The notes below the pieces were generated by a model, which worked only from the letters and a program-made list of their open reading frames with translations, ran no database searches and had not been told where the DNA came from. The position numbers and the translations under genes were made by a program. A stretch of 64,000 nt of DNA from NCBI RefSeq assembly GCF_001306135.1, contig NZ_LGKP01000040.1, positions 152,726 to 216,725 on the forward strand, written 5' to 3'. The DNA comes from Herpetosiphon geysericola (GTDB lineage Bacteria > Chloroflexota > Chloroflexia > Chloroflexales > Herpetosiphonaceae). How positions within the stretch are numbered: the first letter of the stretch is position 1; the number at the start of each line of letters is the position of its first letter. Positions 27,842-36,387 of the stretch are shown here, piece after piece.

Positions 27842-28981
27842 TTAAGCAACCGATTGGATGGCACTGGTGGTGAGATCATGCGTCCACCAGTGATCAAGGT
27901 GCGTCGCAATCCACGACCGCAAATCCACGCCACACTGCACGGCCATCGTGCCAAAGTCGTGGGGATCGGGCCGCATGCGGGCAACCTCTTTGCCTTTGAA
28001 AATATCGAGCCAATACGCAGCGGCTTTATCACCGGCTGCATCGGCATCGGTTGCAATGAAGAGTGGCTGGCAGAGGCTGTACTGAACGAGCCAGCGAAAG
28101 CCACGACCTTGGGTGGTTCCAATCGCTGCCACCCCGCTGAGCGGCTGGCCATGGCGTTCAAATTGGCCAAGGGCTTGTTGGGCCACCAACGCATCGATGG
28201 GGCCTTCCACCAGAATGCCAGGGCGACCAGCGTGGAAGGTATCGATGCCATACGGCACATTGCTGCTTCCAGCAATCGTCACGTATTTCATACCCTCATC
28301 GCGGGGCGTGGTTTGGCGAATCGAGAGCTTCCAGAGCTGGCCATCACAAAACCATGGGATGACATAGCCAGCGGGCAACCACACGCCATCTTTATCGGGA
28401 TCAGTCAATCCCCACTTGTGCAGTGGACGGTAGAGCGGCTTGGGGTTATAGCCAATTGCAGCGGTGCGAAGCGTGTGATCGGTCAGGCCACGCTGGTGTA
28501 AGTAGCTGCGTGGCGAGGACTGACTATCCCCATCCTTCCACAACATATCAACCGAGTAGCCAAGGAAACTCAGAGCGGCCTGCTGCCACGTCGCTGAGGG
28601 CGGCTCACAGGCATTCGGTGGCTCAGGATCAGGGACTGCTGCTGTAAGCGAAGTCGATTGGGTCAGCGTCAGCCCCAGTGTTGTAAAGACCCCTTTGATC
28701 AAGTTCTTCCAATCAGGATGATCCTTGGTAGGAATGCTGCCGTGGTCGCGCAGGAAAACAAAATCAACATCAGAGGCCCATGGCTGGCCATCGCGACAAC
28801 TGCGACACCACCAGCGGCCACCATTGCTATCCCCATGTGGTTGCACCCGAAAGCGATCCTTGCCACCACAGAGCGGACAGGCTCCAGCCCATTCACCGCC
28901 ATTGGTCGCGGCCACTTTGCGCAGGGCGGTGCGCTGGCCAACCAACGAAAGAAACGCATCGCCCGAAAGATGTTCAATCAT
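27842..28981 (-). CDS. DNA primase (CHC2 zinc finger plus Toprim, DnaG-like)
   Basis: CPLCGG...RFRV...WWCRSC zinc ribbon. Toprim ILVEGPIDAL and IATDADAAGD. RBS GGAGG. Confidence 0.8.
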   Translation of the reverse strand: MIEHLSGDAFLSLVGQRTALRKVAATNGGEWAGACPLCGGKDRFRVQPHGDSNGGRWWCRSCRDGQPWASDVDFVFLRDHGSIPTKDHPDWKNLIKGVFTTLGLTLTQSTSLTAAVPDPEPPNACEPPSATWQQAALSFLGYSVDMLWKDGDSQSSPRSYLHQRGLTDHTLRTAAIGYNPKPLYRPLHKWGLTDPDKDGVWLPAGYVIPWFCDGQLWKLSIRQTTPRDEGMKYVTIAGSSNVPYGIDTFHAGRPGILVEGPIDALVAQQALGQFERHGQPLSGVAAIGTTQGRGFRWLVQYSLCQPLFIATDADAAGDKAAAYWLDIFKGKEVARMRPDPHDFGTMAVQCGVDLRSWIATHLDHWWTHDLTTSAIQSVA

Positions 28982-28996
28982 TGAAACCTCCCAAGA

Positions 28997-29267
28997 GAAG
29001 TGTCATGAAGTGTCATAGAAGTGTCATGCTGCCTAAACTGTCGGTTTAGGGCTTTCCAATGGGATAAAACGGAGAAGTGTCATAGTGTCATAAGTGTCAT
29101 GTATTTTTTCAGTCGTGTGGGTTCTCTCCAGCCTCGCGTACATGTTCCATATTAAATTGGACATGTCCCCTTATGACACTATGACACTTCTCAAGAAAGG
29201 CGCTCTGGGAGTGGATTTTTAGCGTCATAAACCGTTTATGACACTTCATGACACTTCTGACACTTCT
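28997..29267. repeat. iteron array, putative replication origin
   Basis: Six direct copies of (GA)AGTGTCAT at 28997-29100 and five inverted copies ATGACAC(TTC) at 29173-29267. They flank a 70-bp central region. Confidence 0.6.
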
Positions 29268-30862
29268 CATGCGCTATATCTCCACAATTGCATCGTTCGA
29301 CCATTGGCGGCTTTGGTCTCAAGCACGTCAATTTGGCCAGCGAGGCGTAAGACTTCTAAGATTTCGGTGATTTCTTTTTTGGATTGATTGGTCTGGCGAC
29401 ACAGATCGCGCACCGTCAATCCCGAAAGCGACTCTTTCAGAACGGCCAGCAGCTTATCGCCCAGCTTGGTTTCTTCACTCTGAATCCCATCGCTCCAAAT
29501 GCGGTGCAAGTCGCTGCGCCAGCGCTCGACAATCGTGATCGCACGTTTGAGATGATCGAGCTGCATCACCACCGGTAATTCGGGGCAGTCCATCGCGGCC
29601 AGAATCATGGCCACCCGCAGGACGTGCCCAGGGAAACGGGCATAACTGGCATAGAGCGTGTCAGGTAGCCCATTGTTCGGCAGATCAAAGCGCAACACCT
29701 TGTCATAGCGCTTCCACAACGTCATCACGCCAGGCGCGAGCCGAATCGAACTGGGCGGATGCTCGTTATAAATCCGCACAAAGCGCTTGATATTCTCTTC
29801 CGGCACATCATCGACCAATTCGGCCTCTGGCTTCGGAAAGAGCGCATCGAGCGCCTGCAAGTCCTGAATCAAGCGTTCAGGCATCACCAGCTCGTCAGGA
29901 AACTCGGCATAGCATGGTGGGGCATCGGGAATCAGAATCGCGAAGCGACTCCACAACCCTTCGTCCCACAGCTTTTCGCTGCGCAAGTGATCTTCGATAT
30001 TCTTGGGCGTGGTTGCGCCCAGAAACGAGAGACTGGCATCGCGAATCGTGGTGCGGCCATGGGTGATCGTTTCATGGGCCAAATACTCAGGGTTATCAAA
30101 CAACTTGAGTAACAGCGAGAGCAGCTCGGCCATATACTCTTTTTTCATATCGCTGAACAAGAACCCTGCTTCGTCGAGTAGCCATGCCCGTTGAGCCGCT
30201 TGGGCACGGGCAAGCAGCCATTGCTCACGGTCATAATCACTGTAGCTGTCCAGCTTATCGGGAATGACGGTCGAAAACTGCTGAAGCAGCGACTGGGGCG
30301 TGCTTTTGTCGGGTAAGAGCAAGTGGCCAAGGCCAGCGCGCCGTAGCACCCGCTCGACAACCTTCATCGCGGTCGATTTGGCATAGCGCCCTGGTGGGGC
30401 AACAAATAGCGCATAAATATTCGGGTAATAGTAAGTTTCACCAATTTGGAGATACAACCGCCGCGCGATCACGGTGGCGGCAAGGAAGAGACCCGCCGCC
30501 TCATGGAAAATCGGTGGCGTGACCGGACTCGCTTGGCTGGCATAGTCGATAAATGTATCAAGCCACTGCCCACATACGCCCTGCTGCCGGATGGTTTTCG
30601 TAAGTTCACTCGGCAGCGGCGGCATAGTTCGTAAGACGGTTGGGGCAGGCTGGTCAACGAGCAAGGCCGCCACCCGACTATCCACCCGAATCGCGGTTTC
30701 CAGTGCGGTTTGCACGGCAGGCGCACCGCCATGCTCAAAGGCATACACTAAACTTTGCATCATGGCTAACCATTCGCCCCAATCACGGGTCAGGTCAATC
30801 GTCTGGCCTGCGAGCAACTGCTGCAGCGCAGTGCGCACCTGCACATAGAGTGGAGTTGTCAT
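29267..30862 (-). CDS. DUF3987-like replicative helicase/loader protein with C-terminal wHTH
   Basis: Degenerate Walker A APPGRYAKST. Walker B LLDEAGF. About 530 aa. Downstream of the integrase, as in many tRNA-integrated islands. Confidence 0.55.
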   Translation of the reverse strand: MTTPLYVQVRTALQQLLAGQTIDLTRDWGEWLAMMQSLVYAFEHGGAPAVQTALETAIRVDSRVAALLVDQPAPTVLRTMPPLPSELTKTIRQQGVCGQWLDTFIDYASQASPVTPPIFHEAAGLFLAATVIARRLYLQIGETYYYPNIYALFVAPPGRYAKSTAMKVVERVLRRAGLGHLLLPDKSTPQSLLQQFSTVIPDKLDSYSDYDREQWLLARAQAAQRAWLLDEAGFLFSDMKKEYMAELLSLLLKLFDNPEYLAHETITHGRTTIRDASLSFLGATTPKNIEDHLRSEKLWDEGLWSRFAILIPDAPPCYAEFPDELVMPERLIQDLQALDALFPKPEAELVDDVPEENIKRFVRIYNEHPPSSIRLAPGVMTLWKRYDKVLRFDLPNNGLPDTLYASYARFPGHVLRVAMILAAMDCPELPVVMQLDHLKRAITIVERWRSDLHRIWSDGIQSEETKLGDKLLAVLKESLSGLTVRDLCRQTNQSKKEITEILEVLRLAGQIDVLETKAANGRTMQLWRYSA

Positions 30863-30972
30863 GTATCTATCCTCGGTGCTGCGGGAGGATACTCACCACA
30901 GCACACTACACTTACAAAACTGGGAAGGACTAGGATGCTGCCCCAATCACCGGCGGCGATTGGGGCACCTGA

Positions 30973-31278
30973 TTACGTCGACTCTGGCGCTTTGTCTTCG
31001 CCTTGCGCTGCATCAATCAAGAGGCGTTGAATTCGTTCCTGGTTGGCCTCGATCTCTGCGAGCAGCAGGGCGATCTTGGTCAGGATAAGTTCGACGGCTT
31101 CGGGATTGTTCAAGTGGTAGCGTTGATGCACCACTTGGTTGAGCAACTCTTTGGCTCGGATAGCTTGCTTCGACGATTGCGCGGCGTTCGCCAGCGCTTC
31201 GAGTCGATGTTCGTTCACCACGTTCGGCCAACGCAGTCGTCGCCGTGGCATCCACATCCCTTTCTTGGTGGTCGCCAT
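30973..31278 (-). CDS. small helical protein (possible excisionase/regulator)
   Basis: 101-aa ORF with sensible helical sequence. Overlaps the tail of the next ORF in another frame. Confidence 0.35.
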   Translation of the reverse strand: MATTKKGMWMPRRRLRWPNVVNEHRLEALANAAQSSKQAIRAKELLNQVVHQRYHLNNPEAVELILTKIALLLAEIEANQERIQRLLIDAAQGEDKAPEST

Positions 31279-31582
31279 TCACGAGGTCAAAGACAACCGC
31301 ACGGGTTTGCTGGCGACGTTTGATCATGCGCCAGACTTGCCACGTAATAATGACCCCACCACCAATGCCAAAGCTGGCGATGATCTGCTGCTCATACTGG
31401 GGCCAGCTGGCGTTCGGCGTAAGGCGGATGGCGATCCCTGCGGCAGTCACGCACAACAGGGTTCCGACAACCACTTCAATCCACGTCCAATCTGGTTCCA
31501 AGTAGTGCTTGTAATGCTCAAGCATCACGGCATACAGCATCGTGGCCATGGCCAAACCGATACCAATATTGATGGGCATAGA
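31013..31582 (-). CDS. small membrane protein (3' extent uncertain)
   Basis: ATG at 31582. Three hydrophobic helices in the first about 100 aa. The C-terminal about 80 aa of this frame look like low-complexity out-of-frame translation of the 30973-31278 ORF. Confidence 0.35.
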   Translation of the reverse strand, partial: SMPINIGIGLAMATMLYAVMLEHYKHYLEPDWTWIEVVVGTLLCVTAAGIAIRLTPNASWPQYEQQIIASFGIGGGVIITWQVWRMIKRRQQTRAVVFDLVNGDHQERDVDATATTALAERGERTSTRSAGERRAIVEASYPSQRVAQPSGASTLPLEQSRSRRTYPDQDRPAARRDRGQPGTNSTPLD

Positions 31583-31675
31583 TCCCCCTATCAGCAGGTT
31601 TTTTGTCAAAAACCTGCTGACTTTCTGTACACTTTTTCCCTTGTTTCTACCGGGATAGGTGGGCATACTGGAGGC

Positions 31676-32539
31676 TTATAAGCATGACTCCACCTTCTCG
31701 AGGAGGTTCACGCCTTGCCGATTTTGGGTCGCCTCATGGGATGAGAGTTGTGCATAGTGCAGAGACATTTGAATCGTTTCATGGCCCATCAATACCCGTA
31801 GACTTTCTGCATCAAGGCCTTTCTTGATCAGTTCGCGGGCGAAGGTGGCACGAAAGGAGTGAATCAAACGCCGCACATCATTGCGGATTTCCGCGTCGGA
31901 GGCTAAGCGATCGAAGCTCTGGTGTACGCCGCTAATCGTCAGCGTTTTTTGCTGGCGATGGCTGACAAACAACGCAGGGTTCGTATCCGTCCGACTGGCG
32001 ATGTAGGTTCGAAGGACTTCTTGGGTCACGGATGAAATCCAGATATATCGATCCTTGCTGCCTTTGCCAAGAATCATGGCGCAGCCTTCCGAGTCAAAGC
32101 TGGTCCGACGGAGTTGAATCAGTTCACTGACCCGAACGCCGGTATCCAGTAAGACACAGAGCATGGCTTTTTCACGAAGCTCGGCAACCAGCAGGAGGCG
32201 CTTAATTTGATCCATCGTGTAATGGGCAGGTAAGCGCTTGGGTAATCGGGGTTTGAGTTTATCGGTATTTACTGGCTGAATATAGCCTTCTTCAGCAAGC
32301 CAGCGCACGAGGATGAGTGCATCGTTGAGATAGCTATAGTGGCTGGCAATGCTTAAGTTTTGTTGGGCTAAGTACGCACTGTAGGCCCGCAATAACGCCC
32401 GACTGAGCACCTGATTCGGTTGCTCAAGCACCCAAGCGCCAAAGCGTCCTAACCGAATTCGGTAGGTGGTGATGGTTGCAGGGCTGCGGCGTTCGGCGAC
32501 TTTTGCGGACAAATATTCTTCAATCCATTGGCTAATCAT
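31676..32539 (-). CDS. int: tyrosine recombinase/integrase (XerC/D-like)
   Basis: Catalytic residues R (LLDTGVRVSEL), K, HxxR (HSFRATF), H..Y (LMGHETIQMSLHY). Lies 0.9 kb from the att duplicate. Confidence 0.85.
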   Translation of the reverse strand: MISQWIEEYLSAKVAERRSPATITTYRIRLGRFGAWVLEQPNQVLSRALLRAYSAYLAQQNLSIASHYSYLNDALILVRWLAEEGYIQPVNTDKLKPRLPKRLPAHYTMDQIKRLLLVAELREKAMLCVLLDTGVRVSELIQLRRTSFDSEGCAMILGKGSKDRYIWISSVTQEVLRTYIASRTDTNPALFVSHRQQKTLTISGVHQSFDRLASDAEIRNDVRRLIHSFRATFARELIKKGLDAESLRVLMGHETIQMSLHYAQLSSHEATQNRQGVNLLEKVESCL

Positions 32540-33460
32540 ACGAAATGACCTCGATCTATCGCGTTATCCCCGAAGGGATAGCGTGTGCGTTCGCAAATAC
32601 TCGACTCGAGGCCGCGCGGAGCGGAAAGAGTATGTGATGGGATACCTCTGCAGGTGGTGCTAAAGGGGTATCTCATTACAGGTCTTCAGACACACTGCGT
32701 TAAGGGGTGCTTGCACAACCAGCAATGGCGGTCGCCATTTTTTGGGTATAGCAAAGCAACCTACACGTTTGGTATTGGCAAATGGCTTTGGCTAGGTTGA
32801 TCTTCCAGAATTGGAAGCAACACAAAGCCAACCGTCATTCACCAATCGGTGTGAGGAAGACAGGAAACACACTGAGTCAAGGTCATTGGTATAACACTCA
32901 TCCATCGTAACCTTGCTTTGTGTCGATGGAGAGTGATGATCGTCAATCTCCGAACGATCATCTTTATGTATTAGGAAATGCCGGAGCGCGTTAATGGTTG
33001 AAGGCCGCAAGCGGCGTTCAGGAATAGGGAAGTCGGTGGGCAGGATTCCCAAGACGACATATGGTAAGCTTCGTGGATTCAATGATCCTGAATGCCCATG
33101 AAGCGTGGTAGATAAGCAGCGTGTCTTTGCATCAGTCCTGCTTATCTAACAAGTGGCGTGTCTAGCATCAACCACTTGTATTGGGTTTCTAGCAACGAGT
33201 GCATGCCAGATCCAAGGGAAGGCTATTGCTTTAATAAAGCACCCGATAACAATAGCCATGTTGGAAAGCTCGATGTGTCGAGTCAAGTTCGGGGTTAGCG
33301 TACCATATGCCAACCATGCAGAACGTTAACGCTGTATAAGAAAATGCTTTTGTAGTGACAGTGCATTGCAGCAATGTGGTGTTGCTGGCGAGCAGAAGCC
33401 AATAATCCTCCTTCAAAGCAGCCTGGTGAAACAGGGTGCTTGCTTTGCATTTTAGGCAAA

Positions 33461-33506
33461 CCTGTTAATCAATGGGTCCTAGGTTCGAGTCCTAGTCAGG
33501 GAGCCA
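33461..33506 (+). other. 46-nt duplicate of tRNA-Asn 3' half (anticodon loop to CCA), candidate attR core
   Basis: CTGTTAATCA...GTCCTAGGTTCGAGTCCTAGTCAGGGAGCCA is identical over 31 nt (and nearly over 46) to the 3' half of the tRNA gene 21 bp downstream. No 5' half is present. Confidence 0.6.
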
Positions 33507-33527
33507 CTTCTTTTTACAACTTGATAT

Positions 33528-33603
33528 TCCCTGATAGCTCAGTTGGTAGAGCGGTTGACTGTTAATCAGCATGTCCTAGGTTCGAGTCCTAGTCAGGGAG
33601 CCA
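33528..33603 (+). tRNA. tRNA-Asn (GTT)
   Basis: Cloverleaf with anticodon loop CTGTTAA. Close to the E. coli tRNA-Asn sequence. CCA encoded. Confidence 0.85.
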
Positions 33604-33608
33604 AAAAG

Positions 33609-33644
33609 ATCAACGCCCGCCTGAAATTTCAGCTGGGCGTTGAT
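33609..33644 (+). terminator. hairpin downstream of tRNA-Asn
   Basis: ATCAACGCCC ... GGGCGTTGAT 10-bp inverted repeat. Confidence 0.45.
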
Positions 33645-33836
33645 GATTTAAACCCATATGGTATCACTTAATAACTTCGCCACATCGCTGAACACCAATT
33701 AGCCAGCTGCCGATTGCGGTACACTATAACCCAGCATTATGCCCAATGATCAAAGATGCTAGGTTTTGCTGACGAGCGCTTAAAACCCTTGCTTCGCTGC
33801 ATGGGCAATCGTCGGCTCGTACCAAGAAAGGATGTT

Positions 33837-34754
33837 ATGAAGCAGGCTGTTGGTGATTCAGCTATTTCTACGCCGCCGCATCAAGCCGACCCATCGGCTC
33901 GCCGTCAACGTTGGTTTGGGATTGCGGCCATGCTGCTTTCGGCAACCGCCTTTGGCTGGCTCGGCGTATTTGCGCGGCTGGCCTACCAGGCTGGAGCCGA
34001 GCCGATTACGGTGTTATGTATGCGGTTTAGTATCGCCGCACTTGTTATGTTTGGGATTCTGCACGTGCGGGGCCAACGGCTGCCCCGTGGGAAAGTCCTC
34101 ATTGGATTAATCCTCTTGGGAGGGATTGGCTATGTAGCTCAATCCATGGCCTATTTTGTGGCGCTTACCATGGCCTCGGCTGGCTTAGTCGCAGTCTTGC
34201 TGTATTTGTATCCAGGGCTTGTTACCTTATTGGCAGTCGTCTTTTTCAAGGAACGCCTGACTCCACGCATGGTTCTGGCCTTAGTGCTGGCCCTCATAGG
34301 CTCGGCTTTGGCAATTGGCCCAATTGGCGGCGGCAAGCCACTCGGCATCATTCTCGCCATCAGTGGAGCGGTGATCTATGCCATTTATATCACCGCTGGG
34401 AGCCAAATTACCGCTCGCGCTGGAGCAATCCCTTCATCGACCGTGATTATGAGTGCAGCAGCGGTCGTATATACAGGCATTATGCTGGCTCGCGGCCCGG
34501 TTTGGCCAGCGACCACAGGCGGTTGGCTGGCAATTGTGGGCATTGCTCTTGTTTCAACGGTGTTGGCAATTGTGATGTTCTTTGTGGGGATGGAACGGAT
34601 TGGCCCAACCGCCGCCTCGACCATCTCGGCGTTGGAGCCGTTAGTCTCGGTTGGGGCGGCAGTTGTTGTGCTCCACGAGCCAATTAGCATTTGGCAACTT
34701 GCTGGTGGCCTGCTGATACTCACGGCAGTTGTGTTGTTAGCCCGAAGTTCATAG
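33837..34754 (+). CDS. EamA/DMT-family transporter
   Basis: Ten predicted TM helices with two EamA-like halves. GIGYVAQSMAYFVAL-type motifs. Confidence 0.75.
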   Translation: MKQAVGDSAISTPPHQADPSARRQRWFGIAAMLLSATAFGWLGVFARLAYQAGAEPITVLCMRFSIAALVMFGILHVRGQRLPRGKVLIGLILLGGIGYVAQSMAYFVALTMASAGLVAVLLYLYPGLVTLLAVVFFKERLTPRMVLALVLALIGSALAIGPIGGGKPLGIILAISGAVIYAIYITAGSQITARAGAIPSSTVIMSAAAVVYTGIMLARGPVWPATTGGWLAIVGIALVSTVLAIVMFFVGMERIGPTAASTISALEPLVSVGAAVVVLHEPISIWQLAGGLLILTAVVLLARSS

Positions 34755-34879
34755 CGAGCACTGCTCCATACCTAAACCTTCAAGTATCAATGTTCTCAAT
34801 AGGTTAAATGGCGAGCGATCGATAGCGAACCATCGATCGCTCTAGCAGTCATTTTAGAGCAGCATTATGCGCTAAGCTG

Positions 34880-36106
34880 CTACTGCACGTCACGCCCGAC
34901 AAGCGGCAAATAGAGTTTCCAACTTGGCGGCGTTGTGGTTGGCGATGTGATGGTTACGGTTGTTGTTGGAGTGCTGGTTGGAGTGGTGGTAGTGGGCGTG
35001 GTTGATGGTGGAGTGCTGGTTGGAGTGGTGGTGGTTGGAGTCACGCTTGGTGGAGTGGTTGCTGTTGGCGTGATGGTTGCTGTCGGCGTAATTGTTACAA
35101 TTGGCGTAATCGTTGCCGTTGGCGTGACGGTTGCTGTAATCGTTGCTGTTGGCGTAATTGTCACAATTGGCGTGACCGTTGCCGTTGGTGTAACAGTCGC
35201 CGTTGGTGTAACCGTTGCGGTTGGCGTGACGGTTGCGGTTGGTGTAATCGTTGCCGTTGGCGTGACGGTTGCCGTCGGTATGATCGTTGCGCTTGGCGTG
35301 ACGGTTGCCGTTGGCACAGGAATGTCAGCAAACAAGATCATGTATAAGGCGCTATTGTCTCCAACTTGGCGTAAATCGTTTGCCAGGAAATTGAAGTCGG
35401 TTTGCCCATTAACATTGCGATAATAGCCATAAGTTGGAGCGCCTAACGGTACAGAACCAGCAGCAAAGGCAGGAGCACCTGTACCGCCACGAATTGCTGT
35501 AGTCAGGTTCGTCGTATCAACAAGGCCAGCACCGCTATCGCCACGAATATTAATCGTCACACCATGATTGCTGAGGCCACTCAGGGTCAGCGGGTTGGTC
35601 AACGGAATTGAGATATCGTAAAGTCCTCCCGCTACGAGGCTGCGACTCCCAAAATCAAAGCTTAGTAAGCCGCCAACAGGGCTTGTAAACACTGTTGTAT
35701 TAGTAGCATTGAAACTATCCCAGAATTGAATCCGAACTTGGATATTGGTATAGGTAGTTGTGGAGAGCGAAACCAACCCAAACTGCAATGCAGTAATATC
35801 GCTTGCTGTTGCCAAATTGAATGGTTGCCCCATATAGGTATGGGGTGCGTTTGCAAAAGTAATAAAATCATCTGCCCCAGTGATTGTATCGAATATTGGA
35901 GTGATTACCTGCGGCAAACGAGCATTCGTCAGTAACGTGCCACTAGGCTTGAGTTGGCCCAGTGATGTGTCGAGCGCAGCTTCAGGCAAGCCTTGAGCTT
36001 GACGTGTAGCACTGGTTGTCGTTGGCGAAACTGCCAAGCTGGCAAGCAACGCTAACAGACACCCAACAGCACTCAGAATTCCCAACTGGCGATTGATTCG
36101 ATCCAT
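34880..36106 (-). CDS. secreted protein with C-terminal Thr/Pro-rich tandem repeats
   Basis: N-terminal signal/TM (LGILSAVGCLLALLASLAV). C-terminal (TATVTP)n and (TTTPTS)n repeats. RBS AGGAGGT before the ATG at 36106. Confidence 0.55.
   Translation of the reverse strand: MDRINRQLGILSAVGCLLALLASLAVSPTTTSATRQAQGLPEAALDTSLGQLKPSGTLLTNARLPQVITPIFDTITGADDFITFANAPHTYMGQPFNLATASDITALQFGLVSLSTTTYTNIQVRIQFWDSFNATNTTVFTSPVGGLLSFDFGSRSLVAGGLYDISIPLTNPLTLSGLSNHGVTINIRGDSGAGLVDTTNLTTAIRGGTGAPAFAAGSVPLGAPTYGYYRNVNGQTDFNFLANDLRQVGDNSALYMILFADIPVPTATVTPSATIIPTATVTPTATITPTATVTPTATVTPTATVTPTATVTPIVTITPTATITATVTPTATITPIVTITPTATITPTATTPPSVTPTTTTPTSTPPSTTPTTTTPTSTPTTTVTITSPTTTPPSWKLYLPLVGRDVQ
34930..35330. repeat. 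18-bp-periodic tandem repeats (GGCGTGACGGTTGCGGTT-like) encoding the TP-rich linker
   Basis: Directly visible periodic DNA. Confidence 0.6.
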
Positions 36107-36322
36107 GGATACCTCCTGCATGTTACCTAGCTTCAACTGAAGCCACGTAACTAATTAGCAATGATGAGGCCATAGAGTCAATAGCATATGCGCAGCATAG
36201 ACCATAAGTCCTTCTAGGAGGGCATCAATCCAACCAATTGGGCTGCTCGCGCTGAAGGTAAATCGATTCAAAATGATGATATGGTGCAATTGCAGTAGCC
36301 TTTACGATTACAATTTACCTAG

Positions 36323-36351
36323 TTGACATCCTATGTATGCCCCAATATAGT
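36323..36351 (+). promoter_or_regulatory. sigma70 consensus promoter for the OLD-family gene
   Basis: TTGACA (36323-36328), 17-bp spacer, TATAGT (36346-36351). 36 bp upstream of the ATG. Confidence 0.4.
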
Positions 36352-36387
36352 TAATAGTCAACATCCTTCAAGCTTTGGGGTAAATTT

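Noticed and set aside
28997-29267. CRISPR array
   Set aside because: Repeats are only 7-10 bp, in both orientations, and lack regular spacers. No cas genes anywhere in the window.
32540-33460. Small minus-strand ORFs (32792-33082, 33231-33416) between integrase and att
   Set aside because: Short, no RBS, atypical composition. The region more likely holds integrase arm-binding sites (attP arm) than genes.
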